A stretch of DNA of 64,000 nucleotides from Candidatus Aenigmatarchaeota archaeon (GTDB lineage Archaea; Aenigmatarchaeota; Aenigmatarchaeia; JACPZZ01): contig JACPZZ010000001.1 in the NCBI GenBank assembly GCA_016195275.1, positions 3,046-67,045 on the forward strand. The letters run 5' to 3'. Position 1 is the stretch's first letter, and each line of letters opens with the position of its first letter. The notes below the pieces were generated by a model. The model was not told where the DNA came from. It did no database searches and saw only the letters and a program-made list of their open reading frames with translations. Positions 27,001 to 35,828 of this stretch are shown piece by piece. Made by a program: the position numbers and the translations under genes.

Positions 27001-29582
27001 AGAGCCGCGTAGAAAATGATCTTACAAATGCCGTAGACAGGTTATTGAGGGGGGATCTGGAATTTAAAAGGGTGTCAAAAGTAGAGGTTTTAGACAACAA
27101 AAATGGATCGCCGGTCTATGATATCTCATGCAACCCTGTCACTTTTTACGTGGGCGGAAAAGATACGCCTCTGTTCGTGCACGATACAATAAGGAAATTC
27201 ACGGATGTGCCGCTGACACCCGTGGATATGATGAACTACGGGACAATAAACGCCACCGCGTTGGCTTACCTCTGGATGGCTGTGGAACAGGGCAAATCGG
27301 TTTTGATAGGCGGCTCAACGGCGTCCGGAAAGACAACTTTGCTTAACGTGCTTTCGCTTTTCATAAAGCCGACCAAAAAAATCGTTTCCATAGAAGACAG
27401 CGTGACCGGAGACTCCGAAATTCTGGTCAACAGGGGCGGGTCGTTTGAAAAATTGCCGATTGGAAAATTGGTGGACGAACAGATAGAGAAGTACGGCAAC
27501 GAAAAGGACGTCTTCGGCACGGAATACTGCCAAATGAATCCGGAGGGTGCGCAAGTTTTTGCCATGGATACCGAAGGGAAAATAAAACTTTGCCCGGTAA
27601 GATCCTTTGTCAGGCACCGTGTAAACAAAGACGTTCTTGAGGTCACAACAAGGGCCGGCAGGAGAATCAAAGTTACGGGTGACCATTCACTTTTTTCCCT
27701 GGACTTAAATGGAAAAATAGTTCCGGTAGAAGCGAGAAACCTGCTAAAGGAAAGTTTTATAGCGACGCCAAGAATATTGCCGCATAACACCGGAAGGCTG
27801 GAAAGCATCAACCTGTTTTCCAGAGTAAAAGATTTGGAAGGCGTATTCGTGGAAGGGGACGGATTGAAACATATCCCAATGCCGGAGTTGGTGAGGGCGG
27901 GCGCGACGGGATATCAAAAAAACAAATGCGTTACAGACGGCCTGCTTCCCGTGGAAATTTTCAGCAGGCTTGGCAACGCCGAAGAATTTGCCGGGGCGCC
28001 GGATGGACTTTCAATAAAGGCCGGGCGGGGAGGCAGGGGTGTGAAAGCTGTTCTCAAACTAACGGACGAGTTTTTGGTATTGGTCGGTCTTTGGCTTGCA
28101 GACGGGTGTTATGACAAAAATTCAGTTTTGATATCTGCTGCGAATGACGCCGAATGCAAATACTCCATAGAGCAGGCGGCATCCCAGTTGGGGCTGGGCT
28201 GCAAATACCATAGCGACGGGATAACGTACATTATAAACTCCGCCGTACTCAGACAGGCGATGGAAAAAACTCTCGGAATATGCGGCGGCGCGTATACGAA
28301 AAGGGTTCCCAACTGGGTGTACAATTTAGGGATTGAGCAGATTTCCTGCCTACTAAAAGGTTATTTCAGCGGGGACGGCTCGGTTTCAAAGGATGAGATA
28401 GAGGCAAGTTCTTCATCCATCGGACTGATTAAAGACATACACACCCTGATGCTAAGGCTGGGAATAATGTCGAGGTTTACTACCAAGATCAAAGAGCGCG
28501 ATAAAACCTATAGGATTCGGATAAGCGGCTCTGAAAACCTGAAGTTGTTCTGTGAAAAAATCGGTTTTTTGCAAAAATACAAGCAGGAAAAGCTGGCTAA
28601 CCGGTCCTTGGTCTTCGCAAACCATACCGTTACCGATGTTATTCCGGTTACGAAAGAATTTTTGAGCGCGCTGGCCGGGGAGGGCGCAATTTTTAACAGC
28701 AATTCATATTGGTACGGCAGTAAAATAGGCAGGAATGCCATGGGTAAAGCTGTTTTGCAGGGCGATGGCAAATTCTTGGACAAGGCAGCGCAGCTTGCAA
28801 ATTCGGATCTTCTCTGGGACGAGGTGCTGGAAATACGAAACCTAGGCAAAACAGACCTTTATGTTTATGACCTCAGCGTCCCGGGTTTTGAAAATTTCGT
28901 GTGCGAAAATGTGGTCGCACACAACACGCCGGAACTTAGGCTACCGCACCCTCACTGGGTGCCAGAGGTTGCGAGAACCGCGATATCCGCGACTGACGGA
29001 AAAAAGATGGGGGAGGTTGACATGTTCGACCTTTTGCGCGAAAGCCTGCGGCAAAGACCGGATTACATAATTGTCGGCGAGGTAAGAGGCAAAGAGGCGT
29101 ACGTCCTGTTCCAGCAGATGGCTTCGGGGCATCCCGGAATGTCAACTATACACGCTGACAGCATATCAAAGCTCGTGGACAGATTAACAACCCCCCCAAT
29201 AAGCCTGCCCGGCAACCTTATACAGAACCTTGACATACTGATATTCAGCGACACAACTTCGTTCAAGAACAAGAATGTGAGAAAGATAGACACCATAATG
29301 GAAATGTTGGGGTATGAAAACGGCGCGCCTGTCGGAAACGTCCTGTTCAAATGGGATCCTGTAAAAAATTATCTGCGCGTCGTGGGAAAAAGCGCCATAC
29401 TCAAAAAGATAGCATATTCGAGCAACATGTCGGAAAAGGCTGTGCGGGAGGAGATTTTAAACAGGGTAAAGGTTCTGGAATGGATGCAAGAAAGGGGCAT
29501 AAACGATTTCACTTCCGTGGCCAGGATATTCAGCATGTACAATTCCGACCCGGAAAAAGTCCTGAACGCGATTGGGCAGTAA
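24018..29582 (+). CDS. type II/IV secretion (FlaI/PilB/VirB11-KlbA-type) ATPase carrying two inteins; extein about 819 aa with a long coiled-coil N-terminal extension
   Basis: Extein motifs: ...ATLGTDIARRGSNF|TIRKF...GGSTASGKTTLLN (Walker A) ...KIVSIED|TPELRLPH (Walker B region) ...IIVGEVRGKEAYVLFQQMASGHPGMSTIHA. Confidence 0.9.
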   Translation: MMIKLNTLMRKAAAKKPMVQNAPVEIKQDASKAVVRAISKAVPPASGKKLIVPRQKVKLVVKRLLGISSGKEKKPEDPFEELVKNPHALKRAAEKYGVSEASIEDIYKRLQRLEEGKGAHLGAEDAMMLRNELASLRAAPDFGRLSDIDEIRQAFSEIEGRLAGESGADKLREAEIERESIIKSKDEIERKYYKREIDEATFKKMMSDYEQQLIKTESKIKAYKAEGITSEPRPSVNMNRVFEKYAKGFKAVYFPAYPQMAVPMAMQPAQQTVQQTQTSELIRPLIAVESRTIISKNVVDGMEIPEPERKISLMETEEPESMMNINVVYPLIPRAPAKGELVYSYTNIKWDPKENGLVYSLFEPALTPEEKRILAKSKELLEERLNIDLRKLRKVEAVNYLMRQTDEVFSVMGVKLDQKRVDVLKYYIRRDFVGLERIDPMMNDPNIEDISCDGTNIPIYIFHRNPLIGSIRTNVKFPDQRSLDTFTVKLAQRAGKAISVAEPLLDGTLPDGSRVQATLGTDIARRGSNFCIKEGYVQMSDGSIEDIKTLFENWKKSNGVSTDEFGNELAVPINSYAAGVHHDSLEQEKGKIIQILKLPPPERLVRVSFAECGKTNSCLEVTENHMFHVLTGAAGIETLESNKLKPGLWVPVPVQIEAEGNLSEEDFLASVLNCLKNSAPGRVYVKIDQKTKQYITYSDSPNKLKDIKRGKTTSMPIAEFLKNLQINRQSIDDVKAVYCILRNGKEGRGAVIRVPLKLTEKLAYLVGWVAGDGSLTKDNISIHTGLNEDYKKSVMGTINELFGINGKTYKNDENRIYINSKILAKLMHEVFEIPYGYKSRKVDAPKIIQKSKNIIVSKFLQGLFEADGSLGSNINLTTFSKNMATKVIFLLSRLGVYSTFNTDGNCHRIYVPSAYYRKFSENVFSNDKIENLVKNQKKTKISNVLPSLFLDNLLKQCKDNGIKSNAISHILHPSEIRKSGKLTFSKIKSLNTLLKSRVENDLTNAVDRLLRGDLEFKRVSKVEVLDNKNGSPVYDISCNPVTFYVGGKDTPLFVHDTIRKFTDVPLTPVDMMNYGTINATALAYLWMAVEQGKSVLIGGSTASGKTTLLNVLSLFIKPTKKIVSIEDSVTGDSEILVNRGGSFEKLPIGKLVDEQIEKYGNEKDVFGTEYCQMNPEGAQVFAMDTEGKIKLCPVRSFVRHRVNKDVLEVTTRAGRRIKVTGDHSLFSLDLNGKIVPVEARNLLKESFIATPRILPHNTGRLESINLFSRVKDLEGVFVEGDGLKHIPMPELVRAGATGYQKNKCVTDGLLPVEIFSRLGNAEEFAGAPDGLSIKAGRGGRGVKAVLKLTDEFLVLVGLWLADGCYDKNSVLISAANDAECKYSIEQAASQLGLGCKYHSDGITYIINSAVLRQAMEKTLGICGGAYTKRVPNWVYNLGIEQISCLLKGYFSGDGSVSKDEIEASSSSIGLIKDIHTLMLRLGIMSRFTTKIKERDKTYRIRISGSENLKLFCEKIGFLQKYKQEKLANRSLVFANHTVTDVIPVTKEFLSALAGEGAIFNSNSYWYGSKIGRNAMGKAVLQGDGKFLDKAAQLANSDLLWDEVLEIRNLGKTDLYVYDLSVPGFENFVCENVVAHNTPELRLPHPHWVPEVARTAISATDGKKMGEVDMFDLLRESLRQRPDYIIVGEVRGKEAYVLFQQMASGHPGMSTIHADSISKLVDRLTTPPISLPGNLIQNLDILIFSDTTSFKNKNVRKIDTIMEMLGYENGAPVGNVLFKWDPVKNYLRVVGKSAILKKIAYSSNMSEKAVREEILNRVKVLEWMQERGINDFTSVARIFSMYNSDPEKVLNAIGQ
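25608..27185 (+). mobile_element. intein 1 of the pilus ATPase (526 aa, LAGLIDADG homing endonuclease domain)
   Basis: Starts CIKEGYV after GSNF and ends PLFVHD before TIRKF. LAGLIDADG blocks: LAYLVGWVAGDGSL and SKFLQGLFEADGSL. The terminal residue is Asp (codon GAT at 27183..27185), not Asn. Confidence 0.85.
27399..28925 (+). mobile_element. intein 2 of the pilus ATPase (509 aa, LAGLIDADG homing endonuclease domain)
   Basis: Starts SVTGDSEILV after KIVSIED and ends NVVAHN before TPELRL. LAGLIDADG blocks: LVLVGLWLADGCY and LLKGYFSGDGSV. Confidence 0.85.
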
Positions 29583-29629
29583 TTTCACGCTTATTATTGA
29601 AAAATACCAACTTTTCGTTTAGTGACTCC

Positions 29630-30505
29630 ATGCTGAACAAAATAGCGTTCAAATACTTTGGCTGGCTCGTGAAGCCTTACCTCAAACATTTCGACCCGTT
29701 GAGGGAAGAATTGACAAAGGCCGACATGCGCATATCGCTGCACGAATACGTATCCAAAATGACGTTCGTCTCTTTTATGGTCCTGCTGCTCGGATGGCCC
29801 ACGCTTTCCTTTGTGTTGGGGCTTGCATTAGGGTATGCGCGCATCAGTTCGGTTGCTCTGGCAGTCACGCTTTCGTTCACCATATCCCTTATGCTAACCG
29901 TGGCGTCTTTTGTGGCCATGTACTATTATCCGTCGCTGTCTGCGAGCGGGAGGAAAAGAAAAATTGAAAATTCCCTGCCTTTCGGCACAATGTACATGGC
30001 CACCATAGCAAGTTCAGGCGCGCCGCCGGCCAAGATGTTTAAGATAATATCGGATTTTGCAGAGTTCGGAGAATTATCGCGGGAGGTTTCCAGGATATAT
30101 ACTGACATGGAAATATTCGGGATGGATATAAAGACCGCATTGCAAAAAGCGGCGGCTAGGACGCCGTCCGAGAAGTTCAAGGACCTCTTGTGGGGTTTGT
30201 CAACGATAATAACCACTGGGGGAAACATGAGCGATTACCTGCGCGAAAAATCCAAGGCTTACATGGCAGACTTCCGCAGAAGCATCAAGGATTATTCGGA
30301 ACAGATGTCCCTCTACATAGAAATGTACATAACGCTGATAATCGTAGGTTCTGTGTTTTTCCTTATCCTTAGCGCCGTGATGACCGCCATCTCTCCGACA
30401 TCGTCGATAATATCCATACAATTTTTCGTGATATTCATATTTCTCCCCATGATTTCGCTGGGGTTCATATTCCTTTCCAAGGGAATCTCGCCAACAGAGG
30501 ACTGA
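29630..30505 (+). CDS. FlaJ/TadC-like membrane platform protein (T2SSF domain), first half-gene
   Basis: I chose the start at the ATG at 29630, after the ATPase stop. Contains LPFGTMYMATIASSGAPPAKMF...DIKTALQKAAARTPSEKFKDLLWGLSTIITTGGNMSDYL. Confidence 0.75.
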   Translation: MLNKIAFKYFGWLVKPYLKHFDPLREELTKADMRISLHEYVSKMTFVSFMVLLLGWPTLSFVLGLALGYARISSVALAVTLSFTISLMLTVASFVAMYYYPSLSASGRKRKIENSLPFGTMYMATIASSGAPPAKMFKIISDFAEFGELSREVSRIYTDMEIFGMDIKTALQKAAARTPSEKFKDLLWGLSTIITTGGNMSDYLREKSKAYMADFRRSIKDYSEQMSLYIEMYITLIIVGSVFFLILSAVMTAISPTSSIISIQFFVIFIFLPMISLGFIFLSKGISPTED

Positions 30506-30506
30506 C

Positions 30507-31493
30507 ATGATAGACAAGATTAAAAAATACCTGCCGAAAACCGCGGATGAAAATGCCATTGCCATATATCCGATGATGCTGGCGCTGGCTTTGCTAATCA
30601 TAGGCATATTTTTCATAAAGACGGAGACTGGCACGCCGGACATAGGCGTAATAGGCAACCTGGTGTTTTTGTCTGTTCTTGTAATCGTAGGCCCGTACCT
30701 GATCAAAAGGTACCTGGACTATTCATGGATAAAAAGTTTAGAAGAGCAGTTTCCCAGCTTTTTAATGGACCTTGCCGAGTCTCAGCGGTCGGGGATGAAT
30801 TTGATACAAGCGCTGAGTTCTGCAGCGGATTCAAACTACGGAAAACTTACCCCGGAAATAAGGAGGATTGTCAACCATTACACATGGGGCGTGCCTTTTG
30901 AACGCGCGATCGAGATATTCATCAGCAGGACCGGAAATTCCGAGCTGATGACGCGCTCGATGAAGATAATCAAGGAAGCTTACGCGTCCGGCGGCAACAT
31001 AACATCCACACTGGATTCGGTTTCAAGGGATGTTTCTGTGATAAAGGACGCGGAAAAGGAAAAGAAGGCCGCATTGGGCCAGCATGTCATGGTAATGTAC
31101 GCGATATTTTTCATGTTCCTGATAATCGTGCTTGCGCTGACAAAGATTCTTATACCCATGTTCAAACAGCAGTCTTTCTCGCTGTCGGGTTCAAATTCGT
31201 TCGGTTTCAGCGACCCCTGCAGGCTTTGTCTGGGCTCGGGTGATCTTAACTGCACGCCATGCTCAATATACGGCGGTATTTGCAGCATGTTCGGAATAGG
31301 GGCCGGCGTCGGCTGCTACTACACTTCGTTGTTCTTCTCCATGCTCATGCTGCAGGGAATTTTCGGCGGGCTTGTTGCCGGACAAATAAGCGAAAACTCT
31401 GTTACGAGCGGCTTAAAACATTCAATGATAATGACAGGTATAGGGTTTGCCACGTTCAGCATACTAATAAGGATCGGCTTCCTCGGGTTTTGA
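30507..31493 (+). CDS. FlaJ/TadC-like membrane platform protein (T2SSF domain), second half-gene
   Basis: FPSFLMDLAESQRSGMNLIQALSSAA...PFERAIEIF...IIKEAYASGGNITSTLDSVSRDV. It also has a Cys-rich segment near the C-terminus. Confidence 0.8.
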   Translation: MIDKIKKYLPKTADENAIAIYPMMLALALLIIGIFFIKTETGTPDIGVIGNLVFLSVLVIVGPYLIKRYLDYSWIKSLEEQFPSFLMDLAESQRSGMNLIQALSSAADSNYGKLTPEIRRIVNHYTWGVPFERAIEIFISRTGNSELMTRSMKIIKEAYASGGNITSTLDSVSRDVSVIKDAEKEKKAALGQHVMVMYAIFFMFLIIVLALTKILIPMFKQQSFSLSGSNSFGFSDPCRLCLGSGDLNCTPCSIYGGICSMFGIGAGVGCYYTSLFFSMLMLQGIFGGLVAGQISENSVTSGLKHSMIMTGIGFATFSILIRIGFLGF

Positions 31494-31495
31494 AA

Positions 31496-32068
31496 ATGTC
31501 TTCAACAGTTAAAGGCCAATTTACAGTAGAGTTCATAATAGCCGTAGTGGCTTTCATAATCCTTGTTGTATATGTGATAAACTTTGTAAGCAGAGAAGTC
31601 CCTGCCTTCACCTCGCGCCACAATTCCGACTCGATAAAAGCAAGGGCGTTCCAGATATCGGAGTTCCTGATATTCGACGACGGCGCGTGGGACGCAGACC
31701 AGAACGATCCTCCGCGCACAGGCCTCTCGAGCGGGTATCACACCCTGAACAACACAAAGATAAAGTACCTGAATACTCTGTGTTCTACGGAAAACGGCTA
31801 CAAAAAAATACTTTCGAACCTTAACATAAACACGCATTTCACAATAACAGGGTACGCAGACTTCAAAAGTTACCTGCTGTCGGAAAACAGGTGCGCCGAT
31901 ATTTCAATCTTCGATTCCTCTTCCAAGCTTCTTTCGTGCCCGCCGGCCGGATCGCAGAACTGGGAATGCATGGTTACAAGAACAGATTCCACGGAAAGGC
32001 ACCAGATAGTTCGTTACGCCCCAAATACAACCGGCGGTGCCATAAACATTACGGTGGGTGTGTGGTAG
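31496..32068 (+). CDS. type IV pilin-like protein
   Basis: The internal ATG at 31496 gives MSSTVKGQFTVEFIIAVVAFIILVVYVINFV. This is G followed by QFTVE with Glu at +5, the classic prepilin pattern. Confidence 0.65.
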   Translation: MSSTVKGQFTVEFIIAVVAFIILVVYVINFVSREVPAFTSRHNSDSIKARAFQISEFLIFDDGAWDADQNDPPRTGLSSGYHTLNNTKIKYLNTLCSTENGYKKILSNLNINTHFTITGYADFKSYLLSENRCADISIFDSSSKLLSCPPAGSQNWECMVTRTDSTERHQIVRYAPNTTGGAINITVGVW

Positions 32069-32292
32069 TCAACTACCATCGAATAAATTCAACGGCTTGG
32101 TCTTATGGATACCAATTTAATCGCACTTCAAATTCCCCGAAAGGGGCAGAGCGCATTGGCTGTTTGTGAGAGAACTTGTGCAAGCCCAATCCGCTTGGAT
32201 AGCGATAATATGTTAGGCAATTTAAATATTTCGGTTACAGCGTTCCGATATGTCCAATTACTCAACGAGTTGAGGTCTCCGAGGCGATTATT

Positions 32293-34113
32293 ATGAAAGG
32301 CTTCGTACATATAATAGAAATAATCCTGTCGTTCTTGATGATACTTTTTGCGATGTCCCAGTTCTCCTCCCTATACACACAAGAAACGCCGTGGACAAGG
32401 AACTACCTTTCCCTGATATCCAAGGACATAATTTATACGGCAAATTTCCTGGGTGCTGACTGGCAGAATGCCTCTTTTGTTTCGTCGGCGCTGGAGAGTA
32501 TATTATTTTCCGATTTCATAGAATATGAGTTCGGCTTAAAAAACGCAATAAAGAGGAATATTATCGCAGGCTGTTTTTGCTCCTCTGGGGAGCTGGCAAA
32601 ACTGAAACAGCAATTGAGCGCATTCGATTTGAACGGGGCGAAGGTAAATTTCCAGGTTCTTGACATCGCGGGCGTGGCTGACTGGAACTCGCTGGACACA
32701 ATAATTTACGGAAATTATCAAAACATGGAAGCGAACAGGCAAAAAATACTCGACTTCCTGAAAAACGACAAAGGGCTGATGCTTTTATCGCCTTTGACAC
32801 AGGCGCAGATCGGTTCGGATTCTGTGCTGCGCGATGTATTCGGGTTAAAATGGATTACAAATCCTATTACAGGCTCGTCAACCGATGATATATTCGTGCC
32901 TAACTACGCGCAAAACGACAGCTATTACATCAAGAAATATTTCTACGGGTTTACGTCCAACGGCACTTCCAGCGTCCTGCTGTCGGATACGGGGCTGGGC
33001 CAGATTTCCTGTACCAATAACACGCACGAGGGTTCTCTGAAAACCAGGGATACGTCAAAAAAATTCTGGATAATTGACAGTTCCCAAAAGCCGGCCGGCG
33101 GGACGCATTGCGATTATGTCCTGTTTGTAGACGAGAACTCCGACAACAACATAGATTCAAACGAAGGGCCGTATATCGCCGGCGACGATTTTATTTTGAA
33201 CGGCTATTCGATGAAATTAAAAAGCATAAATACCGAAATTTACAACGAGAAGGTTGAAACAGAAACAGGGGCGGGCTGGGAGTTGGCCTCGGCTAATAGC
33301 CTGTGCACAGGCGAAGGAGATGATCTGTGCTCAGAAGACGAGGCTGTCTGGACGGATGACAGAGACAACACAATAACCATAACGCTCAATGTCAACAGGC
33401 CGGACAATTATGAAGTCTGGCTGCGGTCTTGGCGCGGCGCGAGCCCGGAGGAAAAGGAACAGGAGTATACAGTGTCTGTTGACGGCGGGGCCGAGGTTTT
33501 AGTAGACCCTTTTGTGCAGAGGGATCCTTCACCAACGGCTTTGTGGGGATGGAACCGTGTCGAAAATCCTGAAGGTTTCACAGTATTTCTGGACTTGGGA
33601 ACGCATACAATAAGCTTGAGAACACCAAAGGCCATAGAGGAACCGAAATGGAAAAGTTCTGCGGTTGACTGGTTATTTTTGCGCAACACAACTTTCGACG
33701 CGAAAAACAGCGTGGATTTTTCATTCAACCGCAATTATAAGTTTGTAGATTTTTCGCAGGCTGGACCTTACCCAAACGATGAAAAGGTTGACAGAATCGC
33801 GGTCGGCAGCGAAAACGAATACACGGACGGGGTGAATGACATCGGCCCTGTGGCCGCTGTCATTGTAAAAGACGGCGTGACAGAAAGAAGGGCCGGGCGC
33901 GCGGCATGGTTTGCGGCCAACCAGGGCGGCGAGGATTTCAAGAACCTTGTGCGCGCGGCTGTTGTGTGGGCGGCACAAAAAGAGCTTATAACCATAAAAA
34001 ACCCTTCTTTAGGCGGAAGCTCGACGCAATCGTACACGATACTGGAGACCGGCGATATGTTAAACCCGCACCGGATTTTTGTAACTCTGTGGTATTCGAG
34101 AAGGTTTGATTGA
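32293..34113 (+). CDS. large pilin-like or pilus-associated extracellular protein
   Basis: The N-terminus MKGFVHIIEIILSFLMILFAMSQF is class-III-signal-like. It is followed by about 580 aa of beta-rich sequence. Confidence 0.55.
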   Translation: MKGFVHIIEIILSFLMILFAMSQFSSLYTQETPWTRNYLSLISKDIIYTANFLGADWQNASFVSSALESILFSDFIEYEFGLKNAIKRNIIAGCFCSSGELAKLKQQLSAFDLNGAKVNFQVLDIAGVADWNSLDTIIYGNYQNMEANRQKILDFLKNDKGLMLLSPLTQAQIGSDSVLRDVFGLKWITNPITGSSTDDIFVPNYAQNDSYYIKKYFYGFTSNGTSSVLLSDTGLGQISCTNNTHEGSLKTRDTSKKFWIIDSSQKPAGGTHCDYVLFVDENSDNNIDSNEGPYIAGDDFILNGYSMKLKSINTEIYNEKVETETGAGWELASANSLCTGEGDDLCSEDEAVWTDDRDNTITITLNVNRPDNYEVWLRSWRGASPEEKEQEYTVSVDGGAEVLVDPFVQRDPSPTALWGWNRVENPEGFTVFLDLGTHTISLRTPKAIEEPKWKSSAVDWLFLRNTTFDAKNSVDFSFNRNYKFVDFSQAGPYPNDEKVDRIAVGSENEYTDGVNDIGPVAAVIVKDGVTERRAGRAAWFAANQGGEDFKNLVRAAVVWAAQKELITIKNPSLGGSSTQSYTILETGDMLNPHRIFVTLWYSRRFD

Positions 34114-34717
34114 CATGGATTTTTGTCCGAGGTGCGGCAAGGAAAACGAATTGATCGACGGTTTGTGCAGGGATTGTTTTGAAAAAACGAACGTGTTGGC
34201 CGAGTTCAAAGGGAATTTCGTGCAATGTTCCATATGCAAGCGATGGCTCTCCAAAGGGTCCTGGAAAAATTTTGACGAGTTTGTCAAGGACCATATCAAA
34301 CATAAGGGCACGCTAACCGGTTTTGAGGCCGACTACCACGGGAATTATTATACTATAAAATATTCCATAGATTACAAAAAAAATATTTTTGACGGAGAGC
34401 TGGAAGTGCATTCTTCGGTCAGGAGAATAACGTGCCAGAACTGTTCACGGGCCCGGGGAGGATATTACGAGGTCATGATACAGTTGAGAGGAAACTGGAA
34501 AAAACCTTTTGAGCACGCCAGCTGGGTCGGGACTTCTAAAACAGAACAGAAAAAAGAAGGCGTGGACCTTTACGTGATAAAATATGCGGAAGGTGCGAAA
34601 CTGGTAACGTTCTTCAAGAAGCGTTTTCGTCCCGAGGTTAAAGAATCGTCTTCCATGGCTGGCATGAAAGACGGCAGACACATCAGCAGGAAGACTATTA
34701 TGCTTAGGTTCAAATAA
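34106..34717 (+). CDS. NMD3-family protein (archaeal 60S/50S biogenesis-factor homolog)
   Basis: CPRCG...GLCRDCF...CSICKRW...CQNCSR is the four-CxxC N-terminal arrangement typical of NMD3. Confidence 0.65.
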   Translation: MIDMDFCPRCGKENELIDGLCRDCFEKTNVLAEFKGNFVQCSICKRWLSKGSWKNFDEFVKDHIKHKGTLTGFEADYHGNYYTIKYSIDYKKNIFDGELEVHSSVRRITCQNCSRARGGYYEVMIQLRGNWKKPFEHASWVGTSKTEQKKEGVDLYVIKYAEGAKLVTFFKKRFRPEVKESSSMAGMKDGRHISRKTIMLRFK

Positions 34718-34754
34718 TAGGAATGTAGATTAAGCTTGAATACATTGTGATATT

Positions 34755-35300
34755 ATGTCTCAGTTATACGTTGTTACTGGTGGGCCTAGTACTGGCAAAA
34801 CCCTGACGCTTGGTTATTTGGAACGAAGGGGTTTTTACGTTGTCTATGAGGCTGCAAGGATTATCATTGACGAGGATATGGCTAAAGGAAGGAGTTTGGC
34901 AGAAATAAGAGCGGATGAGATAGCGTTTCAGCGCAGAGCCCTGGAAATGAAAATTGAAGTTGAGAAAACTGTCCCGAGGGACAGGACTGTTTTTTTAGAT
35001 CGTGGCGTACCAGACAGTGTTCCATATTTACAAGTTTGCAGTGTTGACGTCATGGACGAAGTAAAACAAATTCTTGGGGATCAAAAACGATATCGCAGAG
35101 TATTTCTGATGGAGCATATCGGATTCAAAGGAGATTATGCGCGCACTGAAGATGGGTACAAATCACGGCTGTTAAGCAGATTATTGAAAGAAGTGTATCA
35201 AGAATTAGGTTACGATGTTGTTGACGTTCCTCCACTGCCTGCTGGCAGCGTTGAAGCATCGATAATTCAAAGAGGGGAATTTATTTTAAAAAGCCTTTAG
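34755..35300 (+). CDS. P-loop NTPase (AAA_28/NadR-like ATPase)
   Basis: YVVTGGPSTGKTLTLGYLERRGFYVVYEAAR (Walker A) and VFLDRG (Walker B-like). Confidence 0.6.
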   Translation: MSQLYVVTGGPSTGKTLTLGYLERRGFYVVYEAARIIIDEDMAKGRSLAEIRADEIAFQRRALEMKIEVEKTVPRDRTVFLDRGVPDSVPYLQVCSVDVMDEVKQILGDQKRYRRVFLMEHIGFKGDYARTEDGYKSRLLSRLLKEVYQELGYDVVDVPPLPAGSVEASIIQRGEFILKSL

Positions 35301-35401
35301 CCTGTACATTAACCTTCGCTTTTATGCTTGGGTTTGGATAGAGTCACAGACTCCAGTACGGAAGCGTCAGGTTATCTGTTCGCTGACAGATTTTAGGGCT
35401 A

Positions 35402-35450
35402 TTAGAAAACCTTTGGTTTTCTAATTGAGAAAATCTAACGATTTTCTCAA
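35402..35450. repeat. double-hairpin repeat, second copy at 63246..63292
   Basis: TTAGAAAACC-ttt-GGTTTTCTAA TTGAGAAAATC-taac-GATTTTCTCAA. Confidence 0.8.
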
Positions 35451-35828
35451 CGGTCACCGTTGCTTGTCGCGGGCTTGTAAACTCAAGCCCGAGCCCGAAA
35501 ACATTATGGAGTTCCTATACCGTTTACGGTCAATTCATCTACGGACTAAAGTCCATAGTTTTATTGACCAATGATAAACAAATTCGGCTCGCCTACGTTG
35601 AACATACTGAACCAAGAGCGGGATAAATTAAACGTAAAAAATGATGTTGGGTTGACTTTCAAAGGCCAGAATTTTAGAGTCCCCTACACTAAAACTTGGG
35701 GGTGTGGATAAAGACAGCCCCCTGACAATGAAAGACGATTTCAATAGGATCGAAATAGCGATAAACATGGGCTCTTTTTCCAAAGAGTATGATATAAAAG
35801 TCGGGGACCAAATAACTGTGATGGTGAA

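Noticed and set aside
29351-29629. N-terminal extension of the FlaJ-like ORF (track start 29351), and likewise 31259..31495 for the pilin ORF.
   Set aside because: The extensions overlap the upstream genes out of frame and encode Arg/Lys-rich nonsense. Internal ATGs at 29630 and 31496 give the expected membrane or pilin N-termini.
35570-35625. Possible C/D-box sRNA (ATGATAA ... CTGA spaced about 35 nt apart).
   Set aside because: There are no internal D'/C' boxes or terminal stem, and the box matches are weak. It cannot be supported by eye.
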